From IMG/VR virus record IMGVR_UViG_3300009181_007169: a stretch of 64,000 nt of DNA; one strand, written 5' to 3'. The notes under the pieces were generated by a model that saw only the letters and a list, made by a program, of their open reading frames with translations, was not told where the DNA came from and made no database searches. The number at the start of each line of letters is the position of its first letter. The stretch's first letter is position 1. Below are positions 29,216 through 38,793 of the stretch, in pieces. A program made the position numbers and the translations under genes. Source of the DNA: an uncultured virus (IMG/VR IMGVR_UViG_3300009181_007169) (lineage: Duplodnaviria > Heunggongvirae > Uroviricota > Caudoviricetes).

Positions 29216-30407
29216 TAGAATCATAATTGGTAGGATAATCAATCAAATCGCTTGGAGTTTCAAAATTATCATCTGTTTTGAGTTTTTCCATCAAAGAATT
29301 GATCATTTTTTCATCAAATTTAATTTTTTGACAAATGAATTCAAAAGCATTTGTTGAATTATCTTTTTTACTACGTTTTGTAGGAGCAGGAGTAGCCATC
29401 AACTTGTCAATAAATTCTTTAACATCTGTTGATTCTATAATTTCACCATCTTCGGTGATATATTGCCAACGTTTCTTACTTTTTGACCCTACTTCCTTAA
29501 TTAACTCAACAAATTTTGCTTTTGCTTTCATTAGAAATTCAACAACAGGATTTGAATCTTCATCAGTAAAGTATATTGGGAAAATCACTTTGGTATTTGG
29601 AAGAGCATAACGAATTTTGTTCATCGTTAGCTCAGTTTTACCACCAATTACTTGCTTTTCTGAATTAAAAATTGCGCCTTTTTCATTATTGATTTTCTTA
29701 AAAGTAAACCTATAATGGTCATAAAACCACAAACCCTCACCACCAGTAGCCTTTTTAACAAAGGTATTAGGCGCGGCACCGGACCCAATTCTGAATTGAT
29801 TAATCAAAATCACTGCAGTATTGTACTCACCTGTAAGGAAGGTCAATTTTTGAGCTAAAGCACTAATTAATTTAGCGTGTTCACCAATTTTTCTTGGGTC
29901 TGAAAAGTCTTTATTCAAACTGTCATTAGGAATTAAAGCTGTTACAGAATCAACAATGATTAAACCATATAAGCCTGACTCAACCATAGCACACACAGTA
30001 TCACAAATAGTTTCTCCAGATCCCAAATTAGGAATCATTTCAAAGAGATCGGGATCTCTTGTGATGACCCCGATCTGATTTGCTCTAGGTTCATAGAAAG
30101 AATTTTCTACATTAAAGAAAGCCACTTTCATACCTTTCTTTTGTGCTTGAGCAGCAGTTTTAAGAGCAACGTAAGTTTTACCAGAACCACTTTCGCCAAT
30201 TAATTCAATAAGGTTACCTGTAGCAAAACCTGGAATATCCCCCATTGCACATTCAATTTCTGTAATACCAACAGGAATGTAATCTTTGTGCTTTAAATCA
30301 AAATCATCACCTTTGATGATTCTATCTAAAGAACCTATTGACTTTAAACGTGATGTAAGAAGCTTTTGCCTTTCTTCTTTACTAAGTGGTTCTTTTTTCA
30401 TTACCAA
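29199..30407 (-). CDS. recA: RecA/UvsX-like recombinase
   Basis: ELIGESGSGKT, IIVDSVTAL, INQFR, ATGGEGL. Confidence 0.9.
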   Translation of the reverse strand: MVMKKEPLSKEERQKLLTSRLKSIGSLDRIIKGDDFDLKHKDYIPVGITEIECAMGDIPGFATGNLIELIGESGSGKTYVALKTAAQAQKKGMKVAFFNVENSFYEPRANQIGVITRDPDLFEMIPNLGSGETICDTVCAMVESGLYGLIIVDSVTALIPNDSLNKDFSDPRKIGEHAKLISALAQKLTFLTGEYNTAVILINQFRIGSGAAPNTFVKKATGGEGLWFYDHYRFTFKKINNEKGAIFNSEKQVIGGKTELTMNKIRYALPNTKVIFPIYFTDEDSNPVVEFLMKAKAKFVELIKEVGSKSKKRWQYITEDGEIIESTDVKEFIDKLMATPAPTKRSKKDNSTNAFEFICQKIKFDEKMINSLMEKLKTDDNFETPSDLIDYPTNYDSNEFSD

Positions 30408-31276
30408 TCAATCCCGTCTAAGTCAAGATCAGTGTCTACGCTTTCAGACGAAGCACTAACACTTTCAGATTGTGTATTAGAAGAAACTTTTTCATTTTCA
30501 ACAGAATCTTCAGAAGCATCTTCAGGAGCATCTTCAATTGGAGGAGTAAACTTAAAGATTCGTCGAATATCATGACCATATTCGAAATAATCTCTCCACT
30601 CTGGCATTGATGGATCATTTTCATAATCACTCATGTAATCATTTCTAAATGCATTCATATCATCTGCAGAAGGCTCATTAACTTTTCTTAGCAAGTTGAT
30701 AAGCTCCTCAGTTAGAGGCATATCTTTGGGGACATCAAAGACTTTATAATCTACGTCGCCTAACTTAGATTGATCCAAGATAGCCTGAATTTTGACAGGA
30801 GGTGCAACATCTCCGCCTAAGAAGCATGGAATGTCAGGATCGCCTTCTGTTCTTCGTCCTTCTTCCCAGTCGAAGAAGAAATCAAAAACGGCTGGTCCCT
30901 TGACTAGGATCTTATGCACCCATGTTCCATCTTCTTGCTCTTCAAGGCATCGTTGTGCGAAGCGTCTTGAAGGTATATAGCCCATTTCTCTCCACGGACA
31001 CTTTGATGGATCGTCGTGACCAATTCTCGTTGGTGAAGAGTTCTTGTGAGCATCAGGAAAAGGAACTCTTTCAGTGCCTTTTCCACCTTGAATTCGTTTT
31101 TTGTCTTGAATTTCAGAAAACTCCATAGCTGGTCCAACAAGCCTAAGCTTACGCACAACTTTTGGAGAGTTTTTTACGGAGAGGTCAACTAGAATATCCT
31201 TCAACTTTGGAAGGTCAGCATACTTGTTTTTGTTATTTTGTCTTTCTTGTAATGATTTAGGTGTTACTCTTTTCAT
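30401..31276 (-). CDS. Probable single-stranded DNA-binding protein
   Basis: Next to recA; acidic tail ending DTDLDLDGIDW. Confidence 0.5.
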   Translation of the reverse strand: MKRVTPKSLQERQNNKNKYADLPKLKDILVDLSVKNSPKVVRKLRLVGPAMEFSEIQDKKRIQGGKGTERVPFPDAHKNSSPTRIGHDDPSKCPWREMGYIPSRRFAQRCLEEQEDGTWVHKILVKGPAVFDFFFDWEEGRRTEGDPDIPCFLGGDVAPPVKIQAILDQSKLGDVDYKVFDVPKDMPLTEELINLLRKVNEPSADDMNAFRNDYMSDYENDPSMPEWRDYFEYGHDIRRIFKFTPPIEDAPEDASEDSVENEKVSSNTQSESVSASSESVDTDLDLDGIDW

Positions 31277-31333
31277 ATTTTTTTCCTTGGACTTTAGAAG
31301 TCAGCTTATTATCGTGAAAAATTTTAAAAATGC

Positions 31334-32014
31334 TCACGAATATTTTGTTTTTGTTCGATTTTTTCCAATTGGTGTCCAAACTTCACCATTTTCTTCAATT
31401 ATTGCATCGTCTTCTTCAAAAGAAGGCTGATCAGTAATGAATTGTTCACCATCTTGACCCAACTTGAAATTCAATTTGGCTCTTGACTGCTTTTCCTTTA
31501 TTAAAAGATCAATTTGCTGTGCACAAAAAATTATTGTAGAATGTATTTTCTCTAAATAATTTTCAAGCCTAGAGGTTTGAACTTTTAAGTGTACAAAAGG
31601 TTGAACCACGAGTGCGGCATTTGCCTTTTTCTCAACAGAAGTACCAGTGAACGCGCCTTGAGCAAGTTCTTCTATATACTTCATCGCTGTTTCAGCTGTA
31701 TCTCTCCAAGCTTTTGCTTGAGCGATCAGCACACTTACACGTAACTTATACGAAACAAGTTTGGCATAAGTTGTTGCAATATTTTCATAGGTTAAAGAAT
31801 TTACATGTGGGACAGAAATGTCCCAGGCTGCTATTTCTGCATGAATTGCTTTGTGATCTAAAGGGATCATGTTTTTAATACTTTGTTCCCAAATTTTTAC
31901 TTCGTCAATTACTGCTTCTTTTGTTACTCCATTAATTCTGTTAGAAATTTGAGATGTAGCATCAAACTTATCCCAATCTATAAATTTTTCGATAAAATTT
32001 GTCTCTTCAATCAT
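31334..32014 (-). CDS. Hypothetical helical protein, possibly UvsY-like recombination mediator
   Basis: Coiled-coil character and position between dnaE and the SSB-like gene; function weakly supported. Confidence 0.4.
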   Translation of the reverse strand: MIEETNFIEKFIDWDKFDATSQISNRINGVTKEAVIDEVKIWEQSIKNMIPLDHKAIHAEIAAWDISVPHVNSLTYENIATTYAKLVSYKLRVSVLIAQAKAWRDTAETAMKYIEELAQGAFTGTSVEKKANAALVVQPFVHLKVQTSRLENYLEKIHSTIIFCAQQIDLLIKEKQSRAKLNFKLGQDGEQFITDQPSFEEDDAIIEENGEVWTPIGKNRTKTKYS

Positions 32015-35000
32015 AATTCATCCAACAATGAAAGTAAGTCTGAGCCTTTAGAATTTTCTTTTTGAGTTAAATTTCTTATCTCAAGCAAACTCATTGTATT
32101 TATATTTACGTTAATTGTTGATACTTTTTTATTTGATTTAGATTTTTTCTTAGCATATTCAAGCCAAAAATCTAAGAAAAATTCTTCATCAACTTCAGGA
32201 TCATCAACCAAACAGTTTAAGGCACCTCCTGCTGAAAGTGCAACAAACAAAGATTTGTTACAACCTGATCTTTCCACGAAATCTTGTAAATCTGTGTATG
32301 GTTTACTTTCAACTATAGTTGTGCCACTATTTCCCACTCCTTTCAGAGATGTTATCGGTAAATATATTTTTCCATCGTCAGAAACTGTAGTGAACAAGTT
32401 GGATTCATTAACATTAGGTTGTTGTATCTCTAGACCCAATCTTTCGCACTCAGACATATAAATGTTTAGTTTATCTGTATCATCTTTATCACTTTCAATG
32501 CATGAAGCCATCCATTCTGCAGGATAGTATGTTTTTAGATAAGCTGTCCAGTAAGCAACAATTGCATACATACATGCATGACTTTTATTGAACGCATAGC
32601 CTCCAAATTTCGACATTAACTGTAGCACTTCTTTGATTACATTTAATGGCATCCCTCTGGCGGCAGCTTTTTTTGCAAAGTTTTCACACGCTTCATCAAA
32701 TTGTTTACCTGATTTTTTTGCAATACCTTTTCTCAATTTATCAACTTCAACCCAATCTAAGTTTGCCATTTCACGAGCCAAGAACATAGCTTGCTCTTGG
32801 TAAACCATAATTCCAAAAGTTGGCGACAAATGTTTTTCTAAAAGTGGATGGCAATATTTGATTGACCCAGAATTAAATTTTCCACGAGCATAGTCTGGAA
32901 TATAATCCAAAGGTCCAGGTCTGAATAAAGCAGCTACTGCAATCAAATCATCCATAGTTGATGCCTTTACTTCTTTTAATGCTTTCTGCATTCCAGCTGA
33001 AGCAAATTGAAAAACTGAAACTGTATTTCCCTTTGTAAATACAGATTTAAATACTTTAGGATCATCTAAAGGGATTTTTAATAAATCTATATCCAGATTG
33101 TGTCTTTGTTTAATTAGCTTTTTAGCCAAAGATATCTGTCTATAAGTAGCAAGACCAAGATAATCATATTTTACCGTTCCTGTTCTTTCTACATTTGACA
33201 TATCAAAAGCTGTACACATAGTGCCTTTAGAGTTTTCAATTGGCAAAACATGATGTATTGGTTTTTTTGAGACAACCACAGCTGCAGCATGAACACCTAA
33301 ATTAGAAATTGTTCCATGTAATTTTGATGCATTTTCTGTTTCTTCCTTAAATCTACCAGCCCAGTAAGCAAAATCTGGACTATCTTTTATAGCTAACTGA
33401 ATAGTCATATCAGGCTTATTTGGAATAGTGCCTGAAACTTTCAACGCCATTTGAGCCAAATTATCACCATATTGTTTTTTAAATTTCTCAGAAGTTTTTA
33501 AAGTCCCAAGAATGGAAGCTTTAGCTTTGTAAGTTCCCCATGTTCCTACTGCTTTTACATTGTCTTCCCCAAATCTTGTCCTAGCCCATTCTATTACTTC
33601 TTGTCTTTTAGAATCATCAATATCAGTATCAATGTCAGGAAGACCTGATACTTTTTCGATAATTAAATCATCTTGTGGGAAGCTACTTGTTAAATACATA
33701 ATGTAAAAGATTATAAAATTTGAAGAATTTTCTTCTAATTCAAAACCAGATTTAAATGCAGCATAAACTTTGGTTAAAGCTTTTTGATTTTCTAAAATCC
33801 ATAATTCTCTTGAAATTCTAGATTCAAATTTTTTATTTTCTGGTACATCTAAAAATTCTTTACATTTTGATTTAATGAAATTTTTTGCCTCAATTTCATC
33901 TATATCTGTCTCATCAAATTCAAATCCTTCCAAATCTATTTTATATTGGTTGCCTCTTCCTGGATTTAAAAATCGCTCAAACATTAAGCCAAACTTAATA
34001 GGATCAGCTGACGAAATGCCCAAACAATAATTTAACAAAGAACCTACGCCTGAGCCACGAACTCCAAAAAGAATTTCTTTTTCTTTCATATGATCAACCA
34101 TTTCTTTTTGAATTAAAAAGTAGTCAGTTACTCCCATATACCAAATGGTTTCAATTTCATATTTAAGTCTTTTGACATACTCTGGATTTTGGTCTAAGCC
34201 TAAATTTTTTAGACCTAAGAATCCTTGATACGCCAAAAATGCTTCTTTTGATTCGTGATTTGGAAGTTTATTTTGCCAGAAATTCACAAATGATTTGTTT
34301 TCTGTGTCAATTTTTCCCTCTGGAAGTAAGTGGGGCAAATCAACTTGGTAGTAATCCTCTACCATTTCTTCGATAAGCTTTGTATTAGATATTGATTCTG
34401 GAACTTTTCCGCCAAAAATTTTATACATATCATCATATGATTTTAACCAAAACTGATGTGAACCATAAGCTTCTTTTTTTCCTGAATTTTTTGAGTTTTT
34501 ATCATCCCTCAAATCTTTCATTTGAATTAGCACATCATGTAATTTCCAATCCATTGAATCTACATAATGAACATCATTGGAAGCCACTGTTCTAATATCT
34601 AAATCTTTAGCAATTTTAATTAAACTAGGAAGATTGTGTTTTTGCTCTTCAATTCCATGATATTGCAACTCAATGAAATATCTTTCACCAAATACTTCTT
34701 TATATTTTTTTGCTACCTTTAACCCATCTTCATAAGATCCTTTTAGCAAAGCCTGATTTAATTCCGAAGCTAGACACCCAGAAAGACATATTAATCCCTC
34801 GTTATACTTAGCAAGATAATCAAAATCAATACGTGGAAAATAATAATAACAATCTGGATTATTTGCCTCATAACCTAATTGTAAGATGTTTTTGTAACCC
34901 TCTTTATTTTGAGCTAAAATTGTTAGGTGTGAAAGCTTTTCTCTGCCTTTTTTGGAACCATCTGCGGCTAGTGTATTTTTGTCATATCTGTTTTTTGCTA

Positions 35001-35217
35001 GATAGAATTCACAACCTAAAATAGGCTTAATTTTATGTTTATGCGCTGTGTCTGCAAATTCAAAATGACCAGCCATTTTTCCGTGATCAGTGATTGCGAT
35101 TGACGTAAAACCTTGTGCTTTGGCTCCTAAAATTAACTTTTCTGGTGTGGGAAGTGCATCTTGAACACTATAATGAGTGTGGCAATGCAAATGCACAAAA
35201 TCTTTATTGTTACACAT
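32011..35217 (-). CDS. dnaE: DNA polymerase III alpha subunit with about 100-aa insertion
   Basis: FVHLHCHTHYS, TDHG, RGSGVGS, FERFLNPGR, PDIDTD, YAFNKSH. Confidence 0.95.
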   Translation of the reverse strand: MCNNKDFVHLHCHTHYSVQDALPTPEKLILGAKAQGFTSIAITDHGKMAGHFEFADTAHKHKIKPILGCEFYLAKNRYDKNTLAADGSKKGREKLSHLTILAQNKEGYKNILQLGYEANNPDCYYYFPRIDFDYLAKYNEGLICLSGCLASELNQALLKGSYEDGLKVAKKYKEVFGERYFIELQYHGIEEQKHNLPSLIKIAKDLDIRTVASNDVHYVDSMDWKLHDVLIQMKDLRDDKNSKNSGKKEAYGSHQFWLKSYDDMYKIFGGKVPESISNTKLIEEMVEDYYQVDLPHLLPEGKIDTENKSFVNFWQNKLPNHESKEAFLAYQGFLGLKNLGLDQNPEYVKRLKYEIETIWYMGVTDYFLIQKEMVDHMKEKEILFGVRGSGVGSLLNYCLGISSADPIKFGLMFERFLNPGRGNQYKIDLEGFEFDETDIDEIEAKNFIKSKCKEFLDVPENKKFESRISRELWILENQKALTKVYAAFKSGFELEENSSNFIIFYIMYLTSSFPQDDLIIEKVSGLPDIDTDIDDSKRQEVIEWARTRFGEDNVKAVGTWGTYKAKASILGTLKTSEKFKKQYGDNLAQMALKVSGTIPNKPDMTIQLAIKDSPDFAYWAGRFKEETENASKLHGTISNLGVHAAAVVVSKKPIHHVLPIENSKGTMCTAFDMSNVERTGTVKYDYLGLATYRQISLAKKLIKQRHNLDIDLLKIPLDDPKVFKSVFTKGNTVSVFQFASAGMQKALKEVKASTMDDLIAVAALFRPGPLDYIPDYARGKFNSGSIKYCHPLLEKHLSPTFGIMVYQEQAMFLAREMANLDWVEVDKLRKGIAKKSGKQFDEACENFAKKAAARGMPLNVIKEVLQLMSKFGGYAFNKSHACMYAIVAYWTAYLKTYYPAEWMASCIESDKDDTDKLNIYMSECERLGLEIQQPNVNESNLFTTVSDDGKIYLPITSLKGVGNSGTTIVESKPYTDLQDFVERSGCNKSLFVALSAGGALNCLVDDPEVDEEFFLDFWLEYAKKKSKSNKKVSTINVNINTMSLLEIRNLTQKENSKGSDLLSLLDEL

Positions 35218-35239
35218 ATATATCTATATACGTTTGATG

Positions 35240-35836
35240 TTAATTTTTTAAACTATTTTTTCCAAGTAAAAGTTGATTATAATTTGGCGATAAATTAACA
35301 ATTTTTTTCTCATAGTAATAAGATCTTGGACTTGGCTTAGCTTGTACTGTTTTGAACTTGTGAACAAAGAGGCTGTTTAAAGCTCTTTGAATAGTAGAAA
35401 TCCCATAGCTAGTGTCTTGGCTGATCAAAGAAAGAGAATAAGGTTTTTTGCTATCATATTGACAGCCTACGAGACATATTAATAGATACTTGATATTTGT
35501 GCTAGTCCAACCAATAATCAATTTGTCTGACGTTGTTGAATTTTTTCTTGCAAACAAGTTTAGTTCGTCTAAAGAGAATTTATAAGTTTTTTGTTTTAAA
35601 GAGTGCGGTAAATCTTTGCTACTTGTCATCAGAATTTTGTTTTGTGAAATTTTAAAAAATACATTGTCTTTTAGTTTTCTTTTAAAACATGATTTCGAAA
35701 TTTTTTTAGCACAAGGAAAATCAAGATCGTGTAAGCCTGAAGAATTTAAATTTCTTAAATATACCCAAATAAAATATTCAACATGTAAGTTGTTTTTTAA
35801 AGCAAATGTGCACAAATCTACATCAAACTTCATCAT
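35240..35836 (-). CDS. Hypothetical protein, possible HTH
   Basis: SLSLISQDTSYGISTIQRALNSL is HTH-like. Confidence 0.45.
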   Translation of the reverse strand: MMKFDVDLCTFALKNNLHVEYFIWVYLRNLNSSGLHDLDFPCAKKISKSCFKRKLKDNVFFKISQNKILMTSSKDLPHSLKQKTYKFSLDELNLFARKNSTTSDKLIIGWTSTNIKYLLICLVGCQYDSKKPYSLSLISQDTSYGISTIQRALNSLFVHKFKTVQAKPSPRSYYYEKKIVNLSPNYNQLLLGKNSLKN

Positions 35837-36113
35837 TTATGTCAGCCACCCCAAGTGTTGCTAATCTTGACAGTTCCCTTTCCGCACCTGCTCTTAAAAT
35901 GTACCAATCTGCATCTTGCTCACTAACATTTGCACCATTCATGATGATTTCTTTACAAATCATATGCCTTAAAGCAGCTGTTCCATTTAAAACAACATTA
36001 ACACAAACTATATTAGGTGGATTTTCTACCAAATTTTTTACTCTTTCTTGAATAATACCAAGAGTGTGGAGATCTATTATTTTTTTTCCAAGTGCATCTT
36101 CAAGCGCATCCAT
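35823..36113 (-). CDS. Hypothetical protein
   Basis: 96 aa, overlaps both neighbours. Confidence 0.5.
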   Translation of the reverse strand: MDALEDALGKKIIDLHTLGIIQERVKNLVENPPNIVCVNVVLNGTAALRHMICKEIIMNGANVSEQDADWYILRAGAERELSRLATLGVADINDEV

Positions 36114-36627
36114 TGATTAAATCCTTGATTTCATCAAATTTCTGTTCCTTAATGAAATCATCCATTGTTTTATACATTTTATCTGCTTTTTCAAAATCAT
36201 TTTTCATAATTTTTTTAATAATAATAGTTGCTTTCAAAATCAGTTTATTTTTCTTATTTTCTTCATTATCAGCTTCAGTTAAAGCCTTTTTGAATTTCTC
36301 ATTTTTCACTGTCAGAGAGTCAATATTATCTAAATTCAATCCTTCAAAATTAGCAATAATATTAATTGCTTGAAAAAAATTAATCTTCATTAAATCAGAA
36401 ACCAAATTAATTAAAGAACCTTCACGCCCACAGCCAAAGCATTTATACAAACCTTTTTCTAAGTGAATTCCAAAAGATGGGCTTGAATCTGCATGATCAT
36501 CAAATGGACAAGAACACATTAAATTACCATTTGCTGATTTGTAAAATTCACAACCATAATTTTCTTCTAGCCATGAATCAGCATGAAACATTGTATTCAA
36601 ATCATTATAATCAAAAATCAATTCCAA
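36100..36627 (-). CDS. Stand-alone CHC2 primase zinc-finger protein
   Basis: CSCPFDDHADSSPSF...YKCFGCGREG...FFQAI. Confidence 0.85.
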   Translation of the reverse strand: MELIFDYNDLNTMFHADSWLEENYGCEFYKSANGNLMCSCPFDDHADSSPSFGIHLEKGLYKCFGCGREGSLINLVSDLMKINFFQAINIIANFEGLNLDNIDSLTVKNEKFKKALTEADNEENKKNKLILKATIIIKKIMKNDFEKADKMYKTMDDFIKEQKFDEIKDLINGCA

Positions 36628-38107
36628 CCGTCCAATTAGATAAATCAGTTTCTAAATCTTCATACTGTTTTATTGGTTTTGCATAATCACTATTAGCATT
36701 TTTAACATCTGCAGATTTGATTAAATCTAATGCAGATTGTTGAGAATCAGTGAGTTCCTCAACCTTATTATACTCAGGAACCCATTTAGCAGCAAAAGGC
36801 ACAAACCAAGCATCACGCATTTTAACAGGATGATACCAACAAAGTTGATCTTCTTTATTTGGTTCCATTCCAATAACATAAGTTGCAAGGTGCATTAATC
36901 TTTGGTCACCCGAAGCTGCATCTTGGTAGTAAGCCGCAGCTTTACCATCTTCTTTTCTTTTACGATTTTCTTTAATGGAATCTCGATTAACTTGTTGAGC
37001 TGTTATAACAGGAATTCCATATCTTTTTGCCACTTTAAATAAACCTTCAGCTGCATCACCGTTTTTTTCCCAATGTTTTGCATTTTTACTTGTAGATCGT
37101 GTGGTCATGTTCCCAATATAGTCTGCAACAACAAGATCTGGTTTACCTTTCTTTGAAGAAATTTCACGAATTTTTTGCTCAATGAATTCCGGCGTGGGAT
37201 CTTCAATTGCTTCAAGATACTCAAAGTATTTTCCATTATTAAGTTCAGATAAAGATTTTTCTACTTTTTCGCGCTCTGATGGCGTAATGGTAATGCTTTT
37301 TAATCTACTGTAATCAACTTCGGAAATCAAGGAGGCATGCCTTAATTTACAAAGCCAAGAAGACATTTCAAATGAAAAATATAAAACATTTTTTTTACAA
37401 ACTCTGTGAGCATGATCTGCCCAGTTTAATAACTGCACTGATTTACCACCGGAACTAGGTGCTAGAAGGCAAATTAATTGTGATGGCATCCAGCCAAAAG
37501 TTTTTTGATCAATTTGTGACAATCCAGAATTAATTCCCTTAAACAAATCCATGTTGGCGGCACGATTATCATACTCCTCAAAAAAGAATTCATTAGCTTT
37601 TGACATATCAAATTCCACTTTGTCTTTTAAAAATTCATCTTGTTCTTCATTCATTATGTTTACATAATCTGTAATTAATGAAATTGATTCTTTGACTTGA
37701 TCATTATTAACATAATCAGTCATTTTATCAACCATTTCAGACTGTAACTTAACACAATATCTTCCCTTTATCAATTCAATTAAATGTGAAAGTTCATCAA
37801 GAGAGGTTTCTTCAAGAGAGATTTCTGTCCATAAATTTATAAACTTAGATTGTGTAGTGGGTTTTAAGTTTTTTCTCCTTAACAAACTTTCTAACACAGT
37901 TTCAGTTAGTTTGTATCCACCAGATTCAGTAGAATAATCACAACATAATTTAAAAAGTTTTCCAGTAAAAGAAATGTCAGAACCTGGCTCCTTGGTCAAA
38001 AAATGATATTCTTTAAGTGATTTTTCTACAGCAATATCTACAGCACCATCTACGGATGTAATGCATTTCAAAATTTTAAATTCTATATCTCTTTGATTAA
38101 TTTTCAT
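36611..38107 (-). CDS. dnaB: Replicative helicase, DnaB family
   Basis: APSSGGKS, YFSFEM, VVADYI, AQQVNR. Confidence 0.9.
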   Translation of the reverse strand: MKINQRDIEFKILKCITSVDGAVDIAVEKSLKEYHFLTKEPGSDISFTGKLFKLCCDYSTESGGYKLTETVLESLLRRKNLKPTTQSKFINLWTEISLEETSLDELSHLIELIKGRYCVKLQSEMVDKMTDYVNNDQVKESISLITDYVNIMNEEQDEFLKDKVEFDMSKANEFFFEEYDNRAANMDLFKGINSGLSQIDQKTFGWMPSQLICLLAPSSGGKSVQLLNWADHAHRVCKKNVLYFSFEMSSWLCKLRHASLISEVDYSRLKSITITPSEREKVEKSLSELNNGKYFEYLEAIEDPTPEFIEQKIREISSKKGKPDLVVADYIGNMTTRSTSKNAKHWEKNGDAAEGLFKVAKRYGIPVITAQQVNRDSIKENRKRKEDGKAAAYYQDAASGDQRLMHLATYVIGMEPNKEDQLCWYHPVKMRDAWFVPFAAKWVPEYNKVEELTDSQQSALDLIKSADVKNANSDYAKPIKQYEDLETDLSNWTVGIDF

Positions 38108-38793
38108 TTCAGTGAAGCCTCAGGCAATTTAAAGGTGAATGTTTCTCGTGTAAACTTATTCCAAACAAAACCAAATGTGGGATTTTGATTATTTACAGTG
38201 TCAATTGAGCATAAAGTAATTTTACCTGCATTTAATCTTGTGGATATTAGTCTATCTAATTGAACAATAAAAAACTTATTGTTTATTTCATATTGATAGA
38301 TTGAATCAAAAATTAACATACTTACATTTAAACAATCATAAAAAAAATCTTCATTACTAGCTCTTGAATCAAATGATTGAAATCTATCTAAGAAATCTGA
38401 CCATTCAACAAATTTTACGCTGTAGCCTTTTTTAATTGCAGACTGAGCAATGATCGAAAGTAAAAAAGTTTTTCCTGAAGATTTTGTGCCATCTAAAATT
38501 AAATCTGTAACGGTTTCAATGGAGTTTCGGAATTTTACTTTTAGCCCATTGCCATCCATTATATTGTCTAATGAATTAGTGTAATCGATTACAAATTTGT
38601 GTATGGCTTCACTTCTTTTCTTAGCCACACCTGTAAGCTTTCCTTTTGGTGAATAAATGATAGACCAATCTGTTTCAATTGATTTAAAATGATATTTTTT
38701 AGGTATACCGGAGTCAGAAAAAACTTTACAAAGTTTTTTTTCAAAATCTATTTTTTTAAGTTCAGTAGTATTCAAATTATTAAATTCATTCAT
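38104..38793 (-). CDS. DnaC/IstB-like helicase loader
   Basis: SGIPKKY, LILDGTKSSGKT, LIFDSI, LDRLISTR; adjacent to dnaB. Confidence 0.7.
   Translation of the reverse strand: MNEFNNLNTTELKKIDFEKKLCKVFSDSGIPKKYHFKSIETDWSIIYSPKGKLTGVAKKRSEAIHKFVIDYTNSLDNIMDGNGLKVKFRNSIETVTDLILDGTKSSGKTFLLSIIAQSAIKKGYSVKFVEWSDFLDRFQSFDSRASNEDFFYDCLNVSMLIFDSIYQYEINNKFFIVQLDRLISTRLNAGKITLCSIDTVNNQNPTFGFVWNKFTRETFTFKLPEASLK

Noticed and set aside
13207..38107. Inteins in TerL, DnaE, DnaB or NrdA
   Set aside because: The insertions lack Cys/Ser-start and His-Asn-end splicing motifs and LAGLIDADG blocks.
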